Below, piece after piece: positions 38,581-51,134 of a stretch of 64,000 bases of DNA (within the stretch, counting starts at the first letter, position 1; every line of letters starts with the position of its first letter). The stretch is from Lama guanicoe. Taxonomy: Eukaryota. The DNA lies in the NCBI GenBank assembly GCA_013239625.1, contig MU053629.1:4863567-4927566 (forward strand), given 5' to 3'. The notes under the pieces were generated by a model. The model saw only the letters and a program-made list of their open reading frames with translations, did no database searches and was not told the DNA's origin. Position numbers and translations under genes: made by a program.

Positions 38581-39769
38581 GCACATATTTCTATGCCAGC
38601 AGAAAATCTTCCAGGAGCATCCATTGTAGGACATGCATAATACTCCCCTGGCTGGGTACACTGCAATTTATTAACCATGACCTTCACATTTGACATTCTA
38701 TTATTTCTAATGTTTCCCAATGATAAATAATACTGAAGTGAACACCCTTGTACTTAATACTCTGTCCGCATATCAGAATTCTTCCTTTGGGTAAATCCAT
38801 AGGAATGTTAATTAACGTCCAGGGCTATGGGCTTTTTTTTTAAATTGAAGTACAGCTGATTTACGATGTTATGTTAGTTTCGGGTGTACAGCAAAGTGAC
38901 ACATGTATACACATACATATATTCTTTTTCAGCTTCTTTTCCGTTAGAGGAGTATAAACATTTTAAGATTCTTCTTACATGCTTGATTCATATGAATTAG
39001 AATAACCCGATCATGTTCGTGCATGTTCTCATTCATTTAAAAATTTTGCTAATTTCAGGGGGAACATTTCATAATGTTTTAATTGGCATTTCCTGAATCA
39101 TTAGAGATGTGTTTTTCCCTCAGAAGAGGGAGTTTTGTGTTCCTGGTTCCTGAGGGGATTCGTGGCAGTCATACATTCCTCTTGGGGGTGAGAAGAGCAC
39201 AGCTACTTGTAACTCCTATGAAGTAATAAATAGTGATTACCGTGCTTAAGAGATGCAGTCAAGTCATTTGCGACACAGCCACATTACCGCACAGGATTGA
39301 ACTGACAATTTATTTAGACTCCTAGAATGAAGAAACACAGTATCTCCAGGGAAGGGTAAAGAATGGGCGACAGGAGGGGGTCATTTCCTTGCCTGTTTGT
39401 CTACTTACTCCCCTTTTTCCTTCTTTACATCTCCCCCTTCCTCCTTTCTAAATATATGCAAGTGTAAGTAATCAATAGTGTGTATATGCAGACATACAAT
39501 GTGTGCATTGTAATATAATGTTACATACTATCATTATTAATATAATATAATCCACGATGATGCAATGTATGCATGCCTTTGCTGAGCACCAAGAGGATTC
39601 AGAGATGTGAGGCCTCTGGGAACACAGGCTTTAGTGGAAGCGGCAAGATACAAGCCTCATGATTGCAGGTCAAGGGGGCTAAGCCCGACCCCAACATCCT
39701 TTATAAGCATCTTCATTTCCTACGAAACTGAGCTATGCCTTTTCTCTAAAACCCTTCTTGCTTTTCTTT

Positions 39770-39899
39770 TTCTTTCCTTTGGGGAGGGAGGTAATTAGGT
39801 CTATTTATTTAATTTTTTTTTAATGGAGGTACTGGGGAACGAACCCAGGACCTCATGCTTGCTGGGCATACGCTCTACCGCTTGAGCTATACCCTCCCC
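39770..39899 (-). mobile_element. vic-1-type tRNA-Ala SINE
   Basis: tggaggtactggggaacgaacccaggacctc...gagctataccctcccc; TSD aacccYKcttgcttttcttt. Confidence 0.9.
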
Positions 39900-41149
39900 A
39901 ACCCCGCTTGCTTTTCTTTCTTGGAACATTGCTGTGCCTCGAGTTTTCCTTCATTTACTGCCCCGTGGGTAACCTAATCATCCTTCAAGCCTCGTTCAGA
40001 TGCCACCTCTTCCAAAACGCCTTCTCCAACTTCCCACTCTTAGATGCCATGGGGTCTGGGCGCTCTCTGTATTCTCCCCCTCCCCCCACCAGCACTTGGC
40101 ACTTCAGACTTGGCACCACACATGTTATCACCTTTGTCATTCATCTTCTGTTAGGCTGTGAGCTCCTGGAGGGCAGGACCTGGTCTCTGTGTCACCTGTC
40201 ACAGTTCTGACAGGTGTCAGAGTCCCCGTGTCACCTCTGAGTCCCTGTGTCACCTGTCACAGTTCCTGGAATGGAGAAGGTGCTCTGTGAACACCAGGAT
40301 AAGTGAAGGAAGGAGTGCATCCATGCAATCTCCTTCACCTTCACCGTCTTCCCACATCTGTGTTGTCTGCAATGTGTGTGCAAGACTAGGCTGAGAGTTA
40401 GCACCTCCGAGCGATTGCTCACAGCTTCGTCTGTGGGCAAGTTCCCAGAGGGAAAGCAGGAACTGGGCGTGTGAGTGTAGACAGGTTACTGGTCTGGGAA
40501 TTGGGAAGCCTAGGTCTCTACCCCAGCCCTGCCGCTCCCCAATTGTTTGACCTTGGAAGTTCGTTTCTTCCTCCCTGAGCCTTGACATACCCATCTGTAG
40601 AGTGGGAGCTGGGCGTGATCACCAAGGATCTTTCCTTCTTACACTCACCCTTTCCACACAGAGTGCGCTGACTGCCTTGGCAGCTCCTGAGAGCCCTGGG
40701 TACTGAGACTAACCCAGAAAAGAGAAAGTACCCTAGAAGCTACTGGGGGAATATGAGCTCTCTATTTTCTTAAAGGCTGTGGAGTTTTTAGAGATATTTC
40801 CCACGTGACACCTTTTCTCTCTGAGGTTACATAACTTATTTCACTTACATACACTTATATACTTGTGGCCTGTCTTAAAAAGTAATCATGAATATGAAAG
40901 GTAACCCTAGGCACAACCCAGAAGATTAGCTGTCAAAACATAGAGATAAGTCAATTTTCTATGGGAGCATTTATATATTCATAGGAAAGGGCAGAGAAGT
41001 TTACACACCAAACTGATAATACTGGTTTTCTCTGGGGTCTGACAGGGAAGCTACTAGAGTCAAGGGGTCCAGAAAGACGTTACCCTTATCAGCAATGGTC
41101 ATTTCTTTTTAAACCAGAGAATGTATCCGTGTATTATTTATACAAGAAA

Positions 41150-41415
41150 GGTGATGGGAAGCGATAAATTTGGGAGTTTGAGACTTGCAAAAGTTAACCA
41201 CTATACATAAAAATAGATTAAAAAACAAACAAATTTTGTTTGTTTGTATAAAAATATATTCAATATCTTGTAATAACCTTTAATTAAAAAGAATATGAAA
41301 ATGAATATATGTATGTATATGCATGACTGGGACATTGTGCTGAACACCAGAAATTGACACACTGAAACTGACTACACTTCAATAAAAAATTAAATAATAA
41401 TAATAATAAATTAAA
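41150..41415 (+). mobile_element. Young L1 3' end
   Basis: gataaatttgggagtttgagacttgc...gactgggacattgtgctgaacaccagaaattgacac...cttcaataaaaa. Confidence 0.88.
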
Positions 41416-43074
41416 AGGTTCAGGTGACATTTAGTGCTGCACTGCCATACTTTTGGGTCTTGATACCTATATGAGTATTCTTCTTTATTTTCATTTCCTC
41501 ATCTCTCTGTCTACCCATCTGTCTACCTTCTGTCTAAATATAAGAATAGGAAATCATTTAATTTCTAACAAGAAGGAATTGGTTAAATGAAGTTGTTTCC
41601 ATTCATAAGACTATTCTGCAAGCATTAAAACTCCTGTCTTCTAAGAGTGTATATTTTCATGGAAAAGAAGCAAGTTAGGTTAAAAAAAAAAGAAAAAGAA
41701 AAAAAAGCAAAACTTTACAACAAAGGACAGACTAAAAGTAAGGGCAATAACAAAGAGAATGATGTCCAGGAGGAAGAGATGGCAGATATACTCATGAAAG
41801 GGGTCATATCTTCACTGATTGGGCATTAGACGTGCTTCTGAGCTTCCTAGCAGCCAGGGAGAAAAGGGGGGAAATACAATTCCTTCCATAATTGTTCAAA
41901 AGGAGGATGTGTTTCAGTTAGGCAGAGGACAAAGACTTGCTGTGACAGTCTGAAATTAATTTAATCTAAGTATCGTTATTATTGTCCCCTGAGGAAACTG
42001 ATTGCTCTTCTGCAGACACACAGTTCTTCTCACCTCATTCCCCATTACTAGCAGTGGGGTATTTGGACATCTCTTGGAGAGGCAGGGAGGGCATGATGGA
42101 GGGAGATCAGGTGTGGCAGAGGCCCTTGGTGGCCTCCTGGAGCTGGAGTCCTAAGACCTGGATCTGAAATCTAGTTTTGTCTTTTCTGTCACATCAATCA
42201 TTGTGAGCCACCATTTCCTTATCTCTAAAACAAGAGCAGTAACCCTTGTTTCTTATTGCCTTTGCAAGGATTAAACAAGGTAATGAATGAGAACACACCA
42301 GTGTAATGTCCTGCCCTACTAGTTACTGGTTATGGGATATTAGGCAAGCTACTAGATCATTCTGAGCCTCAGTTTCCTCTATAACAGTGTTAGCTGGTCA
42401 AATAAGTTGAAGAAAGGCTGAGCAGAATGAATATACTAATGAGCAGAATGACTCTCCATGGGTCATGGAATCTCAGACTTTTTAAACTAGTAAGAAGGAT
42501 AATAAAATGTGTTCTGCCAAACAAAAGAGGAAAGGGAGGCCCAGAGAAATTAACTTCTGTTCATTTCAACCAATGTTCTTTTTGTAAAATTCAATTTGTT
42601 AGAAGCTCAGTGTATTTTTAAATGTTTAAAGTGCCTTAATGCCTGATTAGAATTTTAATAATTAATAACTTTAATATCTTATGATCTGATACCTCTCTTT
42701 TCTCCTAAAGTGAAATGTGATGGGTTGACCTTCAGGACAGGCGTGCCCTCCTTGGGTTGTCATTGGGAAGGTCACTGTTGGTCATAATTTTCTCCTCCTT
42801 AATGTGCCATTGTCCAGCTGAGACATTTCTTCGAACACTTTACTCTTGCCCAGGGTTTCTAAACCTGTCAATGTCAATTGCTTTTGATCTTACACTAGCA
42901 CATGTTGTCACGTGAAAACAGAAAGCCCTTCTTTTGTGAAGATATGGGAAACTATCATGAGTCCCTAGCAACACTCTGAGGATAAGGGTACCCTCTATGA
43001 TGATCAGGGTCAAACAGCAAGAAGTAGAATTCACCCCGGGTAGTTCAAATGACACTTGGTGGAGGGAGATACTT

Positions 43075-43430
43075 GCAGAAATCTGAGCAGAATTCAGGGA
43101 ACCAACAAGGGATGCTGGAGCACTCAGAGACCAGCATCTGAGGGAGGAGGAATGTTGTTACCACCCTTAGATCTGAAAGGACAAGAGGAGTAAGTAGTGT
43201 TGCTGGAGCCCAGTATGAGCTGGACCAGGGAGAAGGGACTGCCCATCAGGAGCTATAGCCATGGAGAGAGGCAGCCACTGCCAAAGACAGGCCATCACAG
43301 CAGGGAGATAGAGACTGTCTCCAGTCTCCTGCCAACCAGAAGGAAACTGGCAAGGGAGGCCGGGAGGTGCATCTCCAGAGGCAGACTTTGGGGTATGGAG
43401 AGGGCAGAGAATAGATCTGGGGGTAGGGGG
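43075..43430 (-). mobile_element. ERVL solo LTR (LTR40/41-like)
   Basis: cagggaaccaacaagggatgctggagcactcagagacc...gttaccacccttagatctgaaagg...gtgttgctggagcccag. Confidence 0.6.
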
Positions 43431-44454
43431 GTTGTGTGTTGCCAGGGAACAGTGGATGGCTAGCCAGTAAACTCTCAGAGAGCCAAACTAGAAGAACCTA
43501 CACATGATGGCTGCCATCAGCCACCCTAAAGTAACATTTGGTAGGTAACCGAAAGGGTTAAGTGCACCCAAGACTTATTCCCGGGAAGCAGAATTGAAAT
43601 GTGATTTCAGTTAAGGAAACTGATTAAAAATCGATTTCACTGTATCCAGTCAGGGTGCTCTAAGAACTCTCAATGGGAGCATGGACAGCTGGAGTGAGGA
43701 CTCAGAGAACAGAATGTGGCTGTGTGTCTCAACACTGGCAGGGGAGAAGGCGGGCTCGTTGTCAGCCCCTCTGCGAGCTTGGCCCCACAGAGAGATGGAT
43801 GTATCCGACTGTCACGGCTTAGTGACACCTGCCATGAAGACCCCCTGCTCCCGCCCGGGCTCCGAATCAGACTCCCCAAGTAGCCTTGTGTTCAGCATCT
43901 GACTTTCCATATAGATTCCCTGTAGAGAGAGGATGTGATGTGCTGATCAGCCCATATAGGGTTCTGATTCTCTTGACAGTTAGAGCTCATTCTAAATAAA
44001 TTGGCCTCTGATGTATCTGATGAACTTGGGGATTCTGAGTCAGGGCCCACGTTCTAGCTCCTCAACCACCTTTACTTCCATTTCCAGAATCCGATCATAC
44101 CCAGATTCAATAACTAAGTGTCTGAAGCTCTGAGGACCAAATTCTGGAGTGAGGACCTGCCCCAGGGCCTTGCCTCTCTGGACAACCAACCAGCCTCACC
44201 AGAACACATCTTTACTTCAGATCTCCAGCCGCTGTGGGCCGCTGACAACCCACACCCCACCTGCCTTTTCAATGCTTGTTTTTATTAGACTTCAGACTCC
44301 AAAGCTGGCAGGGGGCTTTAAGCCAAGCATTCCAATCCCCTACCCCATTTTTTTTCCAGAGAAGAAGGCAATCCCAGAAGGAGGGAATGACTTTTCCAGA
44401 GCCTTAGCACATGTTGGTGGCTTCCCTCAAATTCTTTATAGAAGTAGGAAGGAA

Positions 44455-44568
44455 GATGATGACTAGATGATGGATGGATCGACGTATGCATGGATGGATG
44501 CAGGGATGCATGAACAAATGGATGGGTGCATAGATGATGGATGGATGGATGTGAGGATGGATGGATGG
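44455..44568. repeat. Degenerate (GGAT)n simple repeat
   Basis: Direct reading. Confidence 0.9.
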
Positions 44569-44580
44569 TGCTATGGCCAG

Positions 44581-45080
44581 GACTACACTTCAACACACCC
44601 TCTATAGTGGTTGTGGCAGAGGCTCTGTGCCACCACTGAGGCCAAGATGGATATTTCCAAGCACATTATGTCCCACCTCGGGCATTTTACCCCCTTTCCT
44701 GCCTCAAACCTTTCTCCAAAGTTACAGAATCTCATTCAGCCTAAGTGCAGGGCAACCTCAAAGTGTAGCGGAGTCAACATCCCTGGGGATAACCCTCTGC
44801 CGTGGAGGAATGAAAATCAGTGCTTAAGAGCCCAGCCTCCTGCCATTCAAAGGAACAATTCTGAGATGACTTCTAGATGATTCTTCAGAGTTCGCCAGCA
44901 GGACTGAGGCCCACCTGCACACAGCAATAACCAACTCACAGTCTTTACTGGCTTTCCCCCTTTCCTGTCTCGCTACCCCCGACCCTCTTATTCCTGCTTC
45001 CTGGGATCATCTCCCAAAACACCCCCTGCATTCAAGTCCTCATCTCAGGCTCTGTTCTTAGGAGAACACAAATGAAGACC
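44581..45080 (+). mobile_element. ERVL solo LTR (LTR33-like)
   Basis: ccctggggataaccctc...cctgcttcctgggatcatctcccaaaa...ttcaagtcctcatctcaggctctgttcttaggagaacacaaatgaagac. Confidence 0.75.
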
Positions 45081-45261
45081 CTGCCAAACTGGTCCATTTC
45101 TCTTCCCCCGGAAGGAAGATGATGACATTTATGATGCGCGTATGTATGCCTTCTTTCCACATGAGAAATTCAAGGCTCAGAGGGGTCAGGGAATCTTCCC
45201 AAATTCATAAGACCGGTAAGTGACATCGCTGCGCTGGGTGGGCACAACTCACAGGACACTT

Positions 45262-45380
45262 CCTTTTGGGGGGAGCGGGGGAGGGGAGGTAATTAAGTAT
45301 TTATTTATACTGGGGATTGAACCCAGGACCTTGTGGTGCATGCTAAGCAGGTGCTCTACCACTGAGCTATACCCTCCCCT
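45262..45380 (-). mobile_element. vic-1-type tRNA-Ala SINE
   Basis: tactggggattgaacccaggacc...gcatgctaagcaggtgctctaccactgagctataccctcccc. Confidence 0.9.
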
Positions 45381-48272
45381 CGACAGAATAATTCCTAATC
45401 ATGCACCTACGGAGTCTCCTAGCTGGAAGGACCCTTAGAATCATCTAGTGCCACGCTCTCAACCTACTATTTACCTACCCAAGATTGTTTTCAGACTTAA
45501 AAAAAAAATCCGAATCATTGCCCCCCTTGAAATTTTAATACCACAGATACTGCGCACACACGTGTGTTATTCTTTCAGATATTGTTGACATTTTTTCTTT
45601 TCATCATTTGACATCATTATTGATGGCTTGAATAACTTAGCAGAATGAAATAGTAAAATATAATGATTTTTTATTTAACTCTCGGAGCCCAAGTTACACA
45701 CAGAATCACTGAGAAATAAACCAACACCACCCAGGAGGCAGCTCCTGGGCACACACGAGTCATCTCTTGTAAGGGACTTTGTGATGGAGCGGGCGATGCA
45801 AAGGAAGTCTTCCAGTCCCCACCGTCTAGCCCCCGAAGTTTTGCAGCACTGACCTTGAATGCTTTTTGTATCTCTTCCATGAACTTGATGTCAGTGCTGT
45901 TCCTCTGATACCAAAGAAAACCTGATGAGAGAAATAAATTAAACGCTGAGAAGTAAGATTTTGCCAGGCAGGGTTGAGTTTTGGAGGGCCACAAGCCATT
46001 GTAATCGCTAAGACTTTATCATCCCCAGAACCAGTGTTCACCCCCTTGAGTGTGATGAAGATGCACAAGTTAGCCCAACACCATCATTTTACAGATTAGA
46101 AGGACCACTGGGAGCTGGAGGAGGGGTCGCACCCGGGGACCAGGCAGAGCTGGAATGAAAACCAGCTCTTCATATTCTGAGCCCAGAGCCCAATTTCTGT
46201 CACCCAAGCACCTTGCTCACCAGTCAATATGAATTGGGCCCAGACTTAGTGGTCTTGGTGCTCTTTGACCCTCAGTTTTTGTTGGAGGGGAAAAAGAAAA
46301 GTCTTCATTTTGCTGTGGAATGTTACCGTGATTATTAAGCCGTGTTACAGTTGCTCCCCAACCCAATTTCTGCTGGGGCATATAAAAGCAGAGAGCTAAT
46401 TACATGATAGCAATTACCTGGAAATTATATGTTTATTGGTTCTCCACCAGCAGACGCTACTATTTTTGAACTTTTCATTGTTCTGCTCAGTGACAGGAGT
46501 CGCACTGTCTCTACTCCCAATGTGCCCTCCGATCTCATGATTAGCAGGCTTTTTTTAAACAGAGCCACTGCCAGCAGCATGGAAAGCCTCCAGGGTAGGA
46601 AAAGGAGCCCGTGGACTCAGTCCGTGCAGGAGGCACCGGCATGTCTCCATCACCCACATCCACACACACACCTCACTTCTCGACGGGAGCCTTTAATAAT
46701 AAAGTGCGCATCATCCTCTGGTCTAAATGAAGCACGTGCCTGTCTTTGCCCTTGGATACTGGGAATAGTGTCCAATAGGAAGGGGCCTCATTTGCCACCG
46801 GATGTATTTACCTACCCTTCAATTACATGCCTTGGTTAATTGTCCCTTTTCTGCCAGCTCAACTTACGACAGACATCCTGAGACTCGCCTGTAATTATAG
46901 TGAGGAAATATTTATCTGGGTTTTTAAAGGGGAGCCTAAACTGGGTCAAAACATTGAAGGTAGGATGGTCAGGGAGCAACGAATTGGTTTTCGGGGTGGG
47001 GGGGGATGCTTTGAATGCTTTCTGCCACGCAAGGGCCCTTGCCTGAAATTCTGCCAACAGTATCTCATTCTCTTGTTGTTTTTATTACGATTTAGATTTA
47101 CAGACAAACATCTGTGGAGGATTTTTACAGTTTATGAAGTGCCTTTGGTATGAAGGACCTGACTAATCTTCAAAAATGCTGAGAGCAGTTAGGTGCCTTG
47201 GCTGTACGCCTTCAGCCGTTAACATGTATCTCCTGGCCTGTCCGGAAGGGTCAGAGGGCAAACTCTTTCCAGACCTATTTATGCTTCTGTATGGGTGAGG
47301 AGGGTGCTTACAGCACTGGTCACTCTGCAGGCATCTTCTGTTCACAGTAGGACCTCAGCACCTGGCACAATGCCCAACGCATGGTAGGATGCCACTCTGC
47401 TCACTTAGCCTTGACCTGAGGTTGGAAATCTCCTAATCACCTGCCCAACCACTTCGTTAAACAGATGAAGAAACAGGTCTTCCGAGGTAAACAGCCTTGC
47501 CCAACCCCCAGCGAGCCCAGTGAGTCAATGGCAGGGTTGAAACCAGAATCCAGGTCTTTGGATGCGCCGTCCAGCGTACCTCCCATTACACCAGGGACAG
47601 GAGATCGGTTTCGTCCCAGTTGTCAGCGTTGCTCAGGCTGCGGTGGCTGCCTGGAGCGAGGGACTGAGAAGGCTCATGAAGGAGGAGCCCGCTTGGTGGG
47701 AAAGGGTGCTGAGATCATTTAATCATGTCTGCCCAGCTGTGGGAAGGCGTGTGTGGGATGGAGAGGGCCTCGCGTTGCAACATTTGAGACCCCGCTTAAC
47801 CTGACCTGGATCTCTTACTGCAGCTGATGCTCTTGGCTTCCCCTTGGCTCTCCCAAGGCTTAGTGAATTGATTCCAGCCAACTCCTTTTGCTTTCCCTGG
47901 AAAGAAAACCACAAGCTGAAGGCCAGTCCCAGACCTCGTCCCAGGTCAGGATGTCTCTCCGGCTTGGCTTGTGATAGGGGTGTGTATTACCTACCTGTCC
48001 ACACCGTCTTGCCCCAACCCCAGAGACAGTTTCAAAGCTTTGTGCATTTGTATAATGAGAAGAGCAACCTTTAAGAGGCAAGCAGCCCAGTAATGGAATT
48101 TTAAAATTCCAACAGAGCCAAGAAAGCTTATTTGAAAAGGGGAAGGGTGTTTAAGGTAAAGATCAAGCATGATACAGTAAAATACGCAGTACCAGCTCCA
48201 CTGAGAGAGAAGCAGCTTTGCAAATTAGGGGACCATTAGGAAAATGTTTCTCTTCCTCTTTGTGGGTTTGGA

Positions 48273-48502
48273 AGAGTAGTTGCAAACCCAGATGCCCATA
48301 GGGCAACATAGATAACATAAATGAGTGATTCAGCCTGGGTGCAGGACACTAGGGAACAGTGGGGACTGTGGCTAATTGAGAGGGCATACCCCACCTAAAG
48401 GAGTTCAGATTCTCAAACAGATTTTGAAAACACAGCACTCACCAAATGGAAGATGTTTGCACACTTCATTTAGCTTTAGGGCTTTCGACTGAAAACTTGT
48501 CC
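48273..48502. mobile_element. hAT MITE MER102-like (second copy about 54590-54880)
   Basis: gttgcaaacccagatgcc...taaatgagtga...gtggggactgtggctaattgagagggcataccccacctaaagg. Confidence 0.7.
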
Positions 48503-50515
48503 ATTAGACGTGTGTATCTAATCGAAAGTTACCAATGGGTTAATCAGAAAAATAAAGAGGTCTACCTGATACTCACAGGGTGGTGGTCGTGGTGGGTGGG
48601 GGGAGGATTCTAAAGGAGACTGGTGAGGTCCTCCCCAGCCTCTGACAATTTGTGGAACAGAGCGCCACTATCCTCGGTAGTCTGTCCTGCAGACTATCAC
48701 TCTAGATTGAATAACTCCTACTTAAGGAACTGCACTGTTGGGGTATGGAATGTTTTAAAGTGAGATCAAGTCCTGGAGTTTGAAGGTGAGGTTTCCTAAA
48801 AAGTAGGAGCAGACTTGCAAGGCATAGTGGGCAGATTTGCAAGTCAGGTCTGCAAGGCGGAAGTCAAAAGGGAAGAAGCTTTCTCAGGGAAGCATGAGGC
48901 TGCGGCAGCGGGTTAGGGACTGGCAAGGCCCCACGCAGGGCTGAGCTGCGCAATGTGGCAGCCCTCGGGGCTTGTGGTACCCACAGACACCTGCGATGAC
49001 TTCTTGGCCCTAAACTTCTTGGTTTAATTTCTTGGCACTCTTTCTCAACCTATGGAGGAAAAACATCATACTAAGCATGCATGCTTAAAATTTTTTCCAT
49101 TGCTACATTGAGATTGTCCCAAGTTACCCTACCTCCTAGTTTAACCTCGTATGGTGATGCCATGGAGAATAAAGGGAAAGGGGGCAGGAGGGTGAGAGTG
49201 GCCTGCCCCTCCTATTTGGAGAAAGCAGCTTGCTCTCAAGGGAACCACGAGCAAGGTCCCAGGAAGCACCGGCGAGCTGTCAAGGGGGAGTGTGTGGTGC
49301 TGGAGGGTCCTCCTTTCTAATACAACATGGAGGACGGTAAGCCCCGCTGAAGTCTGGAGCTGCCTGCCTGACCTCCACCCTAATCCTCAGAAGGAGCTGG
49401 TAGTAGTAATAAATGTTCCAGCTCCCTCACAGGAGGGCCGAGTGACTCAGTGCAGTGGAAACTATAAAATGCTTTGGAAAATAGAGTCCTATAAATACAA
49501 AATATTATTATGAACCCTGCCTTCCACCCACTTTTCACCTTCATGAGATCTTGTTGTTCAAGCCCAGCCAGAATGAAATAGTTGAGTGATAAGATTATTC
49601 AGTTCAACTGACCTGACAAGCAAACATTCAGAGGAACCCCAGGCCCTTGGAAATAGCAGCTCTCGCACTGGCCTTGCCTCTCTCTTCCCTGGGAGGAGAG
49701 AGATTGTGGGCCAGAGGGAAGAGCATGGACTGGGGCTTCCGGCAAGTCTGGGTTGGAATCTCAACTTCACGAGCAGCAGAACTTACCCTCTCCGAGCCTC
49801 AGTTTCCTAACGTGTAGGATGGGGTGATGACACCTCCCTGACCAAGCTGGTTGAAACAGTCCCTCCCAGTCCCTGAAACTTGGAGCAACGCAAACTGGTG
49901 TTACAGGTAAGCTTACACATAGACAGGAAGGAAGGAACGTCTGTTTGATTCGCAGATGATGTGTATACTTTCTGTATAATTCGGCGATTCCCCCAAGCGA
50001 CAGACCAGGGACAAATGAGCTGTGAACCTAGTAAAATGCCTTCTTTCAATATGAAGATGTGTTATTTGCCACTAGGACCCTGTGAAAACAACCTTCTGGG
50101 CAGTTACAGGCGGCTCTGTGGCCCTGGAGAGCCTGAGAGGCCAAAGGTCAAAGCCCAGGGAAATGGCTGCATCCCAGAACTTGGGGCAGTGGGACCCCTC
50201 TCCCTCCTGGGGCTCCCTGGGTGTGGTCACCAGGTACAGCTGATGTTGGCACACCTGTGGGAAGCTTCCCTGTGCCAGAACATCTGTAGCCCTACTCCAC
50301 ACAGAGGCTGTGACAGGCGTGTGTCTGTCTCCTGGTGACTCGTTCTCTGAGACACAGAAAAAGGCATGGCGACCACCAGCATTCAGACCCACCTAGTAAG
50401 GCAATGAGGGCTCCTGGGTGCAGAACCACCTCTTCTTTTTTATATTATTTTTAATTTTATTTAATTTTATTGTATTTTTAAATCCTCCACTTGTGCTTTT
50501 TTTTTTTTTTTTTTT

Positions 50516-50647
50516 NNNNNNNNNNNNNNNNNNNNNNNNNNNNNNNNNNNNNNNNNNNNNNNNNNNNNNNNNNNNNNNNNNNNNNNNNNNNNNNNNNNNN
50601 NNNNNNNNNNNNNNNNNNNNNNNNNNNNNNNNNNNNNNNNNNNNNNN
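50516..50647. other. Assembly gap (132 N)
   Basis: Run of N following a poly(T) tract. Confidence 1.
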
Positions 50648-50954
50648 TTATTTTTTAATTGAGTTATAGTCAGTTTACAATGTTGTGTCAATTTCTGGTG
50701 GGCAGCACAATTTTTCAGTCATACATGAACATACATATATTCATTTTCATATTATTTTTCCCCATGATCTACTACAAGATCTTGAATATATTTCCCTGTG
50801 CTGTACAGTGTAAACTTGTCTATCTATTCTATATATACCTGTCAGTATCTGCAAATCTCAAACTCCCAGTTTATCCCTACCCACCCTCTTCCCACCAGCA
50901 ACCACAAGTCTGTACTCTATGTCTGTGAGTCTGTTTCTGTTTTATATTCAAGCT

Positions 50955-51134
50955 CCTTCTTCTTCTCCTTCTCCTTCTTCTCCTTCTTCTCCTTCTTCTC
51001 TTCTTCTTCTTCTTCTCCTTCTTCTCCTTCTTTTCTTCTTCTTCTTCTTCTTCTTCTTCTTCTTCTTCTTCTTCTTCTTCTTCTTCTTCTTCTTCTTCTT
51101 CTTCTTCTTCTTCTTCTTCTTCTTCTTCTTCTTC
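50955..51134. repeat. Compound (TCC/TTC) plus pure (TTC)34 triplet repeat
   Basis: Pure TTC from 51033 to 51134, preceded by mixed TCC/TTC units. Confidence 0.97.

Noticed and set aside
45820..46600. Calmodulin-like or tetraspanin-like pseudogene (EEIQKAFK..SAAKLR; I*FPGFL)
   Set aside because: Similarity is short, the EF-hand loop is absent, no following CCG exon was found and flanks do not extend the match; not distinguishable from chance without a search
48094..48111. Perfect 18-bp palindrome tggaattttaaaattcca (also a 16-bp one at 49072-49087 and an 8-bp stem at 18063-18081)
   Set aside because: Short, AT-rich and isolated; plausible by chance in 64 kb
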